A DNA stretch of 64,000 nt, from contig OZ244252.1 in NCBI GenBank assembly GCA_965217185.1, positions 864,001 to 928,000 of the forward strand, in the 5' to 3' direction. The stretch comes from an uncultured Candidatus Entotheonella sp. (GTDB taxonomy: Bacteria; Tectomicrobia; Entotheonellia; Entotheonellales; Entotheonellaceae). Positions 1-9,340 of this stretch are shown here, piece after piece (the first letter of the stretch is position 1; the number at the start of each line of letters is the position of its first letter). The notes under the pieces are model-generated. The model saw only the letters and a list, made by a program, of their open reading frames with translations. It searched no databases and was not told the DNA's origin. The position numbers and the translations under genes are program-made.

Positions 1-287
1 CGACGATTTCACGGGTAGATGTGTCACCGGATTTGCGTGAGGCTCGCGTGTACGTCAGCAGGGTAGGCGACGAAAACGAGCAGAAAGAAACCATGGAAGG
101 ATTCGCGCGCGCCGTGGGGTTTATTCGGAGTCAGTTGGGCAAACGTGTAAAGTTGCGCCATACGCCCAATCTGACTTTCATATTAGATACGGCTATCGCC
201 GATGGCGTCAGGATATCGCGGCTTTTGCACGACCTGACCTCTGCTTCAGTCACAGATGCCGAGGAAAGCGGTCCGCCGCATGCTTGA
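1..287 (+). CDS. rbfA: Ribosome-binding factor A (5' end outside window)
   Basis: SPDLREARVYVS...GFIRSQLGKRVKLRHTPNLTFILD is the RbfA C-terminal half; lies directly upstream of truB. Confidence 0.93.
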   Translation, partial: TISRVDVSPDLREARVYVSRVGDENEQKETMEGFARAVGFIRSQLGKRVKLRHTPNLTFILDTAIADGVRISRLLHDLTSASVTDAEESGPPHA

Positions 288-1185
288 CGGCATTCTCAGC
301 GTGGATAAGCCACGAGGTATGACATCCCATGACGCCGTGGAGATTGTGCGGCGGGCGACGGGTATCCGCGCCGTGGGACATACGGGAACACTGGATCCAG
401 AGGCCAATGGCGTACTCCTTTTGTGCCTTGGCCGGGCGACGAAGTTCGCCAAGGTCTTTGAAGTGTTGGAAAAAACGTATTGGGTGGTCTTGCAATTGGG
501 TGCCTGCACGGACACGCAGGACGCCGCAGGCAAGGTTGTTCGCATCCGAACCGTACCAGCGTTGCTTTCGCGGAGAGATGTTGAATCGGTACTGCCGCAG
601 TTCACGGGTTGCCTCAAGCAAACGCCACCCATGTACTCTGCCCTCAAACAGGGTGGACAGCGTCTCTATCGTCTGGCCCGACAGGGGTATACTGTTGACA
701 GGCCAGCGCGAGACATTTTTGTGCGACGGCTGCAAGTGCTGGAGGTGCGGGGGACGAAAGTGACGCTGGCTGTTACGTGTTCCAAAGGAACCTATGTCCG
801 TACATTGGGCGAAGATATCGGCTTGGCATTGGGTTATGGCGCGCATGTGACCCACTTGCAGCGTTGCCGCGTCGGCGCTTATGGTTTGCGGAATGCCTAC
901 CCGCTCACTGGCACAAGGCGGCGTATACGGGAGCAGGCTCTGAACTCGTTTCTAATTCCAACCGCTCAGGCGGTGGCGTTCCTCCCTTCTCTGTCTCTTT
1001 CCGCGCAACAATACGGCGACATGCAAAAGCAACGCGGCGCAGTTCTGCCTGATATTTTGCGCGAAGCGTGTCCTGGTCGGTTATCCTCTTCACATTACCG
1101 GCTGTGCACTTCACCAGATAACACTGTGGCGGTAATACAACGTCGAACAAGCGACTCGGCGAAATGGAAGCTCCTTATTCCATGA
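280..1185 (+). CDS. truB: tRNA pseudouridine(55) synthase
   Basis: [22 protein letters not shown] and [10 protein letters not shown] motifs; ATG at 280 overlaps the rbfA end. Confidence 0.96.
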   Translation: MLDGILSVDKPRGMTSHDAVEIVRRATGIRAVGHTGTLDPEANGVLLLCLGRATKFAKVFEVLEKTYWVVLQLGACTDTQDAAGKVVRIRTVPALLSRRDVESVLPQFTGCLKQTPPMYSALKQGGQRLYRLARQGYTVDRPARDIFVRRLQVLEVRGTKVTLAVTCSKGTYVRTLGEDIGLALGYGAHVTHLQRCRVGAYGLRNAYPLTGTRRRIREQALNSFLIPTAQAVAFLPSLSLSAQQYGDMQKQRGAVLPDILREACPGRLSSSHYRLCTSPDNTVAVIQRRTSDSAKWKLLIP

Positions 1186-1219
1186 AATAGGTTGTGTTCG
1201 CAGCGTGAAAGGAAGCGTT

Positions 1220-1489
1220 ATGGCTTTGTTGAAAGAGGAAAAAGAGGCGGTCATGAGTGATTTTCGCATGCACCAGACCGACTCCGGTTCGTCGGAGGTG
1301 CAGATCGCTATCTTGAGTGCACGTATTACGTATCTGACTGAGCATTTCAGGACGCATAAGAAAGATCATCATTCCAGGCGGGGCTTGCTCAAGCTCGTGG
1401 GTCGCCGTCGTCGTTTGCTGGATTATGTCAAGAGGCGCGATTTTACCCGTTATCAGGACGTGATCGCCCGGCTGGGAATTCGGCGCTAG
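1220..1489 (+). CDS. rpsO: 30S ribosomal protein S15
   Basis: [39 protein letters not shown]-like sequence before ATG 1220. Confidence 0.98.
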   Translation: MALLKEEKEAVMSDFRMHQTDSGSSEVQIAILSARITYLTEHFRTHKKDHHSRRGLLKLVGRRRRLLDYVKRRDFTRYQDVIARLGIRR

Positions 1490-1545
1490 AGTTTTTGGGA
1501 TCATCTGTCTAAGTCATGGATGTTATTACGCTTGGAGGCAAAACA

Positions 1546-3663
1546 TTGGATCATCAAACAGCAAGTTGCGTGATTAACGGTCGCACATTAACCATTGAAA
1601 CGGGCGAAATCGCCAAGCAGGCAAATGGCTCTGTCTTGGTGAGGTATGGGGATACGATTGTATTGGCTGCCGTTGCCGCCGCTACGGATGACCGCGGCGA
1701 ATTGGGTTTCTTCCCGCTGACTGTTGACTACCGCGAAAGGACTTACGCGGCTGGAAAAATCCCCGGCGGGTTTTTCAAACGTGAAGGACGGCCAGGGGAG
1801 AAAGAGACGCTAACCTCGCGCATCATCGACCGTCCGCTACGACCGCTTTTTCCCAGTGGTTATAACAAGGAAACGCAAATTCTCTGTACCGTACTTTCCG
1901 TGGACAACGAGAATGATCCGGACATCGTGGCCCTCATCGCGGCTTCGGCCGCGCTGACCGTCTCCGACGTGCCGTTCCTAGGACCTGTTGGGGCAGTGCG
2001 CATGGGGTACACGGATCACCAGATTGTCGTCAACCCAACCAACGAGGAACTGGAACGTGGACAACTGAATATGGTGGTGGCCGGAAGCCAGGAGGCCATC
2101 GTCATGGTGGAAGGCGGGGCGCTGGAACTTCCCGAAGATATCGTCCTGTCCGCTTTGGAGACGGCCCACCAAGCCCTGCAAGCCTGTATTGATATACAGC
2201 TTCAATTGCAGCAACGGGTAGGCAAAGCCAAGCAGCCGGTGGTTCCTCCGGTGATCGATGAGACATTGCAGCAGAATGTCCATGCGATGGCCCATGAGCG
2301 GCTCAAAGCCGCTTTGGCAACTCCAGGGAAACTGGAGCGTCAGGAAGCGGTGGCCACGCTTGAACAGGACATGGTGAAAGCCTTCGAGGGTTCGGAGGAA
2401 TCGGATACTGCGCCAAGTGCCAAGACAATCAAGACCGTTTTGCACGACATGGAAAGTGCGGAGATGCGTCGGCAGATTCTCGAAGGAGGACGTCGTGCCG
2501 ATGGTCGCGGTCTTGCTGATATTCGGCCGATCAGTGGCCGTGTCTCCATGTTGCCGCGCACGCACGGTTCGGCGTTGTTTACCCGTGGCGAAACACAAGC
2601 CCTTGTGGTCGCGACGTTGGGGACGCAAGGCGATGAGCAGATTATAGACGACCTGGGTGGCAGGACCTCGAAACGCTTCATGCTCCACTACAATTTCCCG
2701 TCCTACAGCGTCGGTGAAGTGCGACCGTTGCGCGGTCCTGGGCGGCGCGAAATCGGGCATGGGGCGTTGGCTGAACGCGCCATACGACCCGTCCTTCCGT
2801 CCCATGAATCCTTTCCATACACGCTGCGGGTGGTTTCGGACATTATGGAGTCCAATGGCTCATCATCCATGGCGACGGTGTGTGGCAGCGCGCTTGCCCT
2901 TATGGATGCGGGGGTGCCTATCAAGGCGCCGGTTGCCGGCATTGCCATGGGACTCATCGCGGAAGGGGAGGGGGTAGCCATATTGTCGGACATCCTCGGG
3001 GTAGAGGATCATCTGGGCGATATGGATTTCAAGGTTGCTGGAACGGTGCAGGGTATTACGGCCATCCAGATGGACATCAAAACCACCGGCGTGTCCCGTG
3101 AGATTATGGCGCAGGCTTTGGAACAGGCTCGGCAAGGCCGGATGCATATCTTGCAGGAGATGCAAGGTATCTTGGATGGACCGCGGGTCGAAACGTCGGC
3201 TTATGCGCCGCGAATTGTCACCTTGAAAATTAACAAGGATAAAGTACGTGAGGTCATTGGACCTGGTGGCAAGACGATACGGGGCATCATTGAGGCGACC
3301 GGCGTAACCATCGACATTGAAGACGATGGGACTGTTTTGATAGCGTCAGCCAACGAAATAGCCTCGCAGGAGGCGGTCCAGATGGTCCGAGAGTTGACCA
3401 AAGAGGCCGAAGTTGGCCAGATCTACATGGGGACTGTCAGGAAGATTATGGACTTCGGCGCTTTCGTGGAAATTTTCCCCGGCACTGATGGTCTGCTGCA
3501 CATCTCACAGATCTCAGAGAAGCGGGTGAACAAGGTAAGCGACGAAGTTCAGGAAGGGGATCGCATCATGGTGAAGGTGCTGGAGGTCGACCGGAATGGC
3601 CGCATCAAGCTCAGCCACAAAGAAGCCGTACGAGACCAGGAAGCGGCGGCTGAAATTGGCTGA
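1546..3663 (+). CDS. pnp: Polyribonucleotide nucleotidyltransferase (PNPase)
   Basis: Two RNase PH domains (FFPLTVDY, RREIGHG, GDMDFKVAG) plus KH and S1; TTG start chosen from GGAGG at 1534 (alternative ATG 1516). Confidence 0.97.
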   Translation: MDHQTASCVINGRTLTIETGEIAKQANGSVLVRYGDTIVLAAVAAATDDRGELGFFPLTVDYRERTYAAGKIPGGFFKREGRPGEKETLTSRIIDRPLRPLFPSGYNKETQILCTVLSVDNENDPDIVALIAASAALTVSDVPFLGPVGAVRMGYTDHQIVVNPTNEELERGQLNMVVAGSQEAIVMVEGGALELPEDIVLSALETAHQALQACIDIQLQLQQRVGKAKQPVVPPVIDETLQQNVHAMAHERLKAALATPGKLERQEAVATLEQDMVKAFEGSEESDTAPSAKTIKTVLHDMESAEMRRQILEGGRRADGRGLADIRPISGRVSMLPRTHGSALFTRGETQALVVATLGTQGDEQIIDDLGGRTSKRFMLHYNFPSYSVGEVRPLRGPGRREIGHGALAERAIRPVLPSHESFPYTLRVVSDIMESNGSSSMATVCGSALALMDAGVPIKAPVAGIAMGLIAEGEGVAILSDILGVEDHLGDMDFKVAGTVQGITAIQMDIKTTGVSREIMAQALEQARQGRMHILQEMQGILDGPRVETSAYAPRIVTLKINKDKVREVIGPGGKTIRGIIEATGVTIDIEDDGTVLIASANEIASQEAVQMVRELTKEAEVGQIYMGTVRKIMDFGAFVEIFPGTDGLLHISQISEKRVNKVSDEVQEGDRIMVKVLEVDRNGRIKLSHKEAVRDQEAAAEIG

Positions 3664-3712
3664 TTTTAGGGCCTATATAATCAAAAGTTTACATAATATA
3701 ACTTATCAGAAG

Positions 3713-4429
3713 TTATAGAACATGTTCGATATTTGCGAGGCGTTCTTCCACGATCCGGCGTGTGAGTTCGTTAACCTCGGCATCGGACAAGGCGCGGTTA
3801 TAAACTTCAGCCGCCATCTCCGGAGCATTGGATTGCTCGTGGCAGCGACCCATCCCCAAGTAGGCCTCGCCTCGCAACCACGTCGCCGTTGGAGCCTGTA
3901 GCACGGTCTGGAAATTCTCCAAAGCCCGTGCGCAGGCGCCTTGCGCTTCTTCAGCGTAGGCCATATTCAGCGATATCAAAGCACGCATTAAAGCGGATCG
4001 ATTGTTGTTGCTGGACAGCCGTTGTCGGGCCTGCTCGTACGCCTCTACTGCAGCCACGTAATCGGCGCGGGTATAATAAAGGCGCCCGAGATACCAATAG
4101 GCCTGGGCCGCGGCGGGCGTGCCGTCATAGTCGCGCACAAGAGTCTGCAACGCCTCCACCATTGGATTAGGCTGTGATGTGTTCTGCAACGCATCACCGT
4201 TGTCGTCTGCATTGATTGCTTTGTACAATAGTGTCTCGGCACGCTGATGCCGGTTTGCCTGCCACACAAACCATCCCCCAACCAGAGCCCCAGCAAGTAC
4301 GACAGCCCCGATACCATAAAGGATGGACGAAGCATTCGCTTCTGCCCACTCGATGATCCGTGCGCTGCGCGTAATGAATTGGTCTGGTTGGCGCAGTAAC
4401 TCCTTACGTGTTATACGCTGTCTTGCCAC
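3713..4429 (-). CDS. Membrane-anchored TPR protein (YfgM-like)
   Basis: RKELLRQPDQF N-terminus, one TM helix, then TPR-like helices. Confidence 0.75.
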   Translation of the reverse strand: MARQRITRKELLRQPDQFITRSARIIEWAEANASSILYGIGAVVLAGALVGGWFVWQANRHQRAETLLYKAINADDNGDALQNTSQPNPMVEALQTLVRDYDGTPAAAQAYWYLGRLYYTRADYVAAVEAYEQARQRLSSNNNRSALMRALISLNMAYAEEAQGACARALENFQTVLQAPTATWLRGEAYLGMGRCHEQSNAPEMAAEVYNRALSDAEVNELTRRIVEERLANIEHVL

Positions 4430-4470
4430 AACAAGAGCCTTTCATTGTTCGTAAATGTGCAACCCGGCAA

Positions 4471-6495
4471 TTACGACTCCACAGTTTTCGCAGCTGTGAC
4501 AACCGTTTGCATCAAATGCTGCGGAAGAACTTCATAGCGCAGAAATTCGATGGCGTATGAACCCTCCCCTCCCGTTACCGACTGCAAAAAGGCGCTGTAC
4601 TGTTGCACTTCGGCTAGGGGTACCTCCGACCGAACAATCTGCAGGTTGCCGATGCTATCAATGCCGCTTACCCGGCCGCGTCGGCTGCTGATGTCGCCGG
4701 TAATGTCGCCCATGTACTTGGACGGCACCATAACCTCAAGTTTGACAATGGGTTCCAGTAAAACAGGCGTGGCTTGCTGAACGGCTTCCTTTACTGCCTC
4801 GCGCCCGGCGATCTGAAATGCGATGTCTTTACTATCCACGGGGTGCTCTTTGCCGTCGTAAAGCTCGACCTTGATGTCCACCACGGGATAATCCGTCAGC
4901 ACGCCTTCCGCCATCTTGTCCTGGATACCTTTGTCAACACTCTGCCGGAACGATTGGCTAATAACGCCGCCAAATATTTTGTCGACAAACTCGTATCCGG
5001 TTCCGCGAGGGGTTGGTTCGACCCGTATTGCGCACTCAGCGAACTGCCCGGCACCGCCCGTCTGTTTCTTATGGCGATAGCGAATATCGGCTTTGCTGCT
5101 TATCGTCTCGCGATAGGCAATTTTCGGAAGTTTCGTCGTTACTTCCACCCCGCGGCGCTGCAACCGGTTCAGCATCAAGCCGATATGTTGCTCACCGATT
5201 CCCGATATGACGAGCTCCTTGGTTTGGGAATTCATTCCCACTTGAAAAGTCGGATCCGCCTCGGCGAGACGCCGCAAACTTTCGGAAATCTTTGCCTCGT
5301 CGCCGCGACTCTTGGGTTCAACGGCCCGCGAAACCATGGGGATCGGGTAACGCGGCACAACGAACGGCTTTTGGTCTTTGCTCGCTGCCAAGGTGTCGCC
5401 GACCCGGAACTCCTCAACTTTTGCGGTGGCGATAATGGCCCCAGCCCCAGCCTCGTTTATTTCCCGCTGATCTTTGCCCTGAGGACGAAAGAGCTTGGGG
5501 ATTTTGACCGGTCTGCCGGAATGGGCCAAGGTGACGGTGTCCCCTGCGCGTACGAGACCCGAATAGACGCGGAAAAAGCTGACTTTGCCCACGAATTCAT
5601 CCGATATGATCTTAAAAACCTGCGCCTCAAGGGGGCCTCCGAGATCAATGCTATGCGCTTCCGCCCCGCTATCACCCAAGACTTCTTTCGTCGCATAGTC
5701 CGGAGACGGCGCATAACCGGCAATAAAGTCCATGATTTCGGTAATTCCCTGGTCCGACTCGGCGGCGCAGCAAAGAATGGGAACGATCGAGCGATCAATC
5801 AAGACTTGGACAAATACGTGTTCCAGTTCCTCTTGAGGGATGGTTTCACCTTCCAGGTAACGCTCCAGTAGGGCGTCATCGCCGGAGATTACCGACTCCA
5901 TGAGTACGCCGCGCTGTTCTTCGACGGTATCGGCCAAATTGGAAGGAATGTCGCCGGGATGCAGTAAACTAACGATCCCCGAGAAGGAACTGCCACTGCC
6001 GACAGGAAGCATCAAGGGTGTACAGGCCGATCCGAAATTCTCCTGCAGAGATGCTACCACCTCGTCATATTGAGCGTTGTCGGCATCCATTCGCGTTATC
6101 ACAAACATGCACGCGCAGCCTTGTTGCTGCGCCAGGTCCCATGCTTTGCGGGTGCCGGCTTCGATGCCCGACGCGGCGTTAACCGTGATAACGGCAAGCT
6201 CGACGACCGAAAGCGCACCGTACACTTCTCCTACGAAGTCGGCCGCTCCGGGGGTGTCGATGATATTGATGTCCCGACCTTTCCACGTGGTGTGAAGCAC
6301 GGAGGAGTGAACGGATTTCTGGCCTTCTTTCTCGTCTGTATCGAAGTCACTCGCAGTCGTTCCGTCGCTTATCCTGCCAAGACGGTTGATCTCCCCGCTC
6401 TTCAGAAGCATCGCTTCACTCAACATGGTTTTTCCATTGCCTGAGTGCCCCACAAGAGCCACGTTGCGGATTTCCTGCGCGTTATTCTCAGCCAC
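4471..6495 (-). CDS. Elongation factor G paralogue (EF-G2/FusA2-type) with degenerate GTPase motifs
   Basis: GHSGNGKT, DTPGAADF, KKQTGGAGQFA, LLEPI domain V; GTG start after GGAAGGGGAG. Confidence 0.9.
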   Translation of the reverse strand: MAENNAQEIRNVALVGHSGNGKTMLSEAMLLKSGEINRLGRISDGTTASDFDTDEKEGQKSVHSSVLHTTWKGRDINIIDTPGAADFVGEVYGALSVVELAVITVNAASGIEAGTRKAWDLAQQQGCACMFVITRMDADNAQYDEVVASLQENFGSACTPLMLPVGSGSSFSGIVSLLHPGDIPSNLADTVEEQRGVLMESVISGDDALLERYLEGETIPQEELEHVFVQVLIDRSIVPILCCAAESDQGITEIMDFIAGYAPSPDYATKEVLGDSGAEAHSIDLGGPLEAQVFKIISDEFVGKVSFFRVYSGLVRAGDTVTLAHSGRPVKIPKLFRPQGKDQREINEAGAGAIIATAKVEEFRVGDTLAASKDQKPFVVPRYPIPMVSRAVEPKSRGDEAKISESLRRLAEADPTFQVGMNSQTKELVISGIGEQHIGLMLNRLQRRGVEVTTKLPKIAYRETISSKADIRYRHKKQTGGAGQFAECAIRVEPTPRGTGYEFVDKIFGGVISQSFRQSVDKGIQDKMAEGVLTDYPVVDIKVELYDGKEHPVDSKDIAFQIAGREAVKEAVQQATPVLLEPIVKLEVMVPSKYMGDITGDISSRRGRVSGIDSIGNLQIVRSEVPLAEVQQYSAFLQSVTGGEGSYAIEFLRYEVLPQHLMQTVVTAAKTVES

Positions 6496-6604
6496 TGTTC
6501 TCCCCTTCCATGTTCCGAAATGACTGTCCTTTGAGGAATTACGAAACGACCCCAAATTGGCCTTGTGTCTCGCCTCCCCTCCTGCGATTTCTGCGCGTAG
6601 CGAA

Positions 6605-6678
6605 TGCCCCCGGCAGGATTCGAACCTGCGACCTGCGGATTAGGAATCCGCTGCTCTATCCTGCTGAGCTACGAGGGC
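6605..6678 (-). tRNA. tRNA-Arg(CCT)
   Basis: Reverse complement GCCCTCGTAGCTCAGCAGGATAGAGCA-GCGGA-TTCCTAA-TCCGC-...GGTTCGAATCC-...GGGGGCA; CCA not encoded. Confidence 0.95.
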
Positions 6679-6760
6679 AGGCTTATCTTCCCGCATTTAG
6701 GGATTTGAACCACTTTCCTGTGGAGCAAAGCCACTTATTCTATCATCGTATGGCGCATGG

Positions 6761-7870
6761 TCAATCTTGCTGATCGTGTTGAGATAAAGCGCGTTTGAGG
6801 CGCTGACGCTGGCTCGCATAGTAATGTGGGAAATTGGTAGGAAATACCAAGCACCAGAGCGAACGCAGTATCGTGCAATAGACAGCCTGACGAGAGATTT
6901 TCAGCCGTTCCTGATGAGACAATAAGCCCTCTGATCGGCAGACCTCTTCTAACGTTTGGACCGCAAATAACAACGGCCACATACAGCTCAGTCGAACGCG
7001 CAGCGCCCTGAGCGGCAATAGCCGCACATAACAACTGGCGTGATCAAGGTGTTCCAAGGTGTAATCAATCAGGTGGATAACTAAAGGTCGAATCTGAGGT
7101 AGCAACGTTGGATCAAGCAGGTCATGCGCTTGCAAGCCGAGCCGGCGGAGTTCGTCTGCAGGGAGATAGCAGCGGCCACCTTGTAGGTCTTTGCCCACGT
7201 CTTTAAGAATATTCGTGAGCTGTAACCCTCGACCGAAACGCACACCTAAGACGCTGAGTTGTTGGCTGTTACGGTGATTTCTGAAGGCACGCAGGTTGGC
7301 GCTGCAAAGCATTGTCCAGAATTCGCCCACAACCCCAGCTACGTAATACGTATACCGTTCAAGCGAAGCCATATCCGGCAGAGCGCAAACGTCTGCGGGC
7401 GTATCCCCCGGAAAACAGGTCAGATCCATCTCCATGCCGCGCGTTAGGGTCAATACGAGATTCTTTACGAGGCATTGGTCGCCAGAGGACAGACGGTCGT
7501 ATATCCGAAAACAGTCAGGCAGATGCAGCAGCAGTTGGCGCTCACCCTCGGAGGCTTGTGACGGGTGGTGTTGCATCATCTGCTGCAACTGGTCGATGCC
7601 AATTCGTGAGGGCGAATCTTTCTGGAATTGCGCGCGGAAAGCATGGAGGGCGGGCAGACGTTCGTGGTACGGCAGAATGCGCGTGTCAGCGATGGTATCA
7701 GCCGCACGGCAAAACAGATAAGCCAAGCCCATCTGTCCCCGAACGGGTCTCGGGAGAACAATCAGGCTCAAATAGAATGACCGGGAAACTTTCTTAAGGA
7801 TGTTGCGTATTAAGACGGTTTCCTCATGTCGGTTCTTTCTGCGCCCTTGCAACCATGTGGAAGCCAGCAT
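6761..7870 (-). CDS. Squalene/phytoene synthase family protein
   Basis: VSRSFYLSL flap, RAADTIAD, YYVAGVVG, LQLTNILKDVGKD, GRCYLP. Confidence 0.88.
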   Translation of the reverse strand: MLASTWLQGRRKNRHEETVLIRNILKKVSRSFYLSLIVLPRPVRGQMGLAYLFCRAADTIADTRILPYHERLPALHAFRAQFQKDSPSRIGIDQLQQMMQHHPSQASEGERQLLLHLPDCFRIYDRLSSGDQCLVKNLVLTLTRGMEMDLTCFPGDTPADVCALPDMASLERYTYYVAGVVGEFWTMLCSANLRAFRNHRNSQQLSVLGVRFGRGLQLTNILKDVGKDLQGGRCYLPADELRRLGLQAHDLLDPTLLPQIRPLVIHLIDYTLEHLDHASCYVRLLPLRALRVRLSCMWPLLFAVQTLEEVCRSEGLLSHQERLKISRQAVYCTILRSLWCLVFPTNFPHYYASQRQRLKRALSQHDQQD

Positions 7871-7899
7871 GGAGAGTTCTCGGCGAAATCAGTCGAATT

Positions 7900-8418
7900 T
7901 CAATCTTGTAAAAGTGAAAAGACCTGATGGTTCTGCAGGTGCTTCCGACCATTCAGGGCGCACAATTCAATGAGAACAGCAACTTCGATGACCTCGCATT
8001 GGAATCCCTGGAGCAGGCTAAGCGCCGCGCAAATGGTTCCGCCAGTGGCGAGAACGTCATCGACTAGCACGACGCGCGAACCTGATGTCACTGCATCGCG
8101 ATGTACTTCGAGCGTGTCCATCCCGTACTCGAGCTCGTAAGAGGCTTGCAGAGTCTCGGCAGGTAGCTTGCCTGGTTTACGTATCAGCGTCAGACCGGCC
8201 TTAAGTTTATAGGCCAGAGCTGCTGCGAGAACAAACCCGCGGGCCTCAATGCCGACAATTTGGTCAACGTCTTGTCCGGCATAGCGGTCTGCGAATGAAT
8301 TGACCATTGCATGAAAAGCGTTGGGGCTGGCCAAGAGTGGGGTAATGTCCTTAAATGCAATGCCCTTTTTGGGAAAATCAGGAACCACTCGAATTTTCTC
8401 TCGCAAAGTATCCAGCAC
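7900..8418 (-). CDS. apt: Adenine phosphoribosyltransferase
   Basis: PDFPKKGIAFKDITPLL, GIEARGF, VLVDDVLATGGT. Confidence 0.97.
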   Translation of the reverse strand: MLDTLREKIRVVPDFPKKGIAFKDITPLLASPNAFHAMVNSFADRYAGQDVDQIVGIEARGFVLAAALAYKLKAGLTLIRKPGKLPAETLQASYELEYGMDTLEVHRDAVTSGSRVVLVDDVLATGGTICAALSLLQGFQCEVIEVAVLIELCALNGRKHLQNHQVFSLLQD

Positions 8419-8586
8419 AGGCCCCTCCCCTTTTGGATTTGGACGATGCGTTTTAGCAGGACGGAACCGAAGCGGTTTCTCAAAGCTGCAGCAGGGAAGG
8501 AAAATTCCGGGTGGGCGTGCCTTCTAAAACCGTGAGGTCGATACCATCTCGGTGCTGAAGGCATTTTGTGCAATACCAAGGCATGA

Positions 8587-8660
8587 TCGGGGCGAGAAGA
8601 TTTGAACTTCCGGCCTCCTGCTCCCGAAGCAGGCGCGCTACCAAGCTGCGCTACGCCCCG
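8587..8660 (-). tRNA. tRNA-Pro(CGG)
   Basis: Reverse complement CGGGGCGTAGCGCAGCTTGGTAGCGCG-CCTGC-TTCGGGA-GCAGG-...GTTCAAATC-...CGCCCCGA. Confidence 0.95.
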
Positions 8661-8702
8661 ATTCATGTGCGTTAAAAGTAAATTCATACATTCCAAAGAG
8701 AG

Positions 8703-8776
8703 TCGGGGCGAGAGGATTTGAACCTCCGACTCCTTGCACCCCATGCAAGTGCGCTACCAAGCTGCGCCACGCCCCG
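8703..8776 (-). tRNA. tRNA-Pro(GGG)
   Basis: Reverse complement CGGGGCGTGGCGCAGCTTGGTAGCGCA-CTTGC-ATGGGGT-GCAAG-...GGTTCAAATCC-...CGCCCCGA. Confidence 0.95.
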
Positions 8777-8777
8777 A

Positions 8778-9215
8778 TTATATGGGATGTTTCTTTTGCA
8801 ATAAGGTCATCATTTCATGGATGTTTTTCTTCAACAATGCAAGTGCTGCTCTAAGGTCGGAAGGTGCCGACGTGTCAGCGGCAAGGTTGTCAGACTCATC
8901 CCTTCCTCGGTGATCTGACAAGCCGTTGACCGTTTCATGAAGAATTCCAGTAATTCCCTTTCGAGCCTCCTGGGACGAACTGCGTTGATAGGCTAACAAT
9001 TGCCTCGCCCCAGAGATTGTATAGCAATCCGTGTAAAGGAGATTCCTGATCTCCATAAGCGTATCAATATCCGCTTTGGCATACAGACGTTGCCCGGAGG
9101 GATTCTTTTTTGGCTTTAGGCAGGGAAACTCCGATTCCCAATACCGCAACACATGCGGCTTTACGCCAAGCAATTTTGCGACTTCGCCAATTTTGAAAAA
9201 GGGTTTTGTTACCAA
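8778..9215 (-). CDS. MerR-family transcriptional regulator
   Basis: FKIGEVAKLLGVKPHVLRYWESEF...SGQRLY HTH; merR next to tRNA-Pro is a common arrangement. Confidence 0.88.
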   Translation of the reverse strand: MVTKPFFKIGEVAKLLGVKPHVLRYWESEFPCLKPKKNPSGQRLYAKADIDTLMEIRNLLYTDCYTISGARQLLAYQRSSSQEARKGITGILHETVNGLSDHRGRDESDNLAADTSAPSDLRAALALLKKNIHEMMTLLQKKHPI

Positions 9216-9273
9216 AAGTTGTCACCTGCCCCGATGATTCGGCTCTCTTGTTGTCTCGCTCGAGGTGGGAGGG

Positions 9274-9302
9274 ACCTTATCACCTGCCCCCGGTTCTGTC
9301 AA
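9274..9302 (-). promoter_or_regulatory. Sigma70-type promoter for merR-tRNA-Pro
   Basis: Minus strand TTGACA-17 nt-TAAGGT with an extended TG. Confidence 0.6.
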
Positions 9303-9340
9303 TTTGGCAGGGCCTTTACAATGCGTAGCCGACCGAAGTC

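Noticed and set aside
4774..5871. Long antisense ORFs (also 1978-2805, 21400-22431, 43566-44852, 45965-46999, 57859-59196)
   Set aside because: They lie opposite well-supported genes, have no motifs, and are expected shadows of GC-rich codon usage
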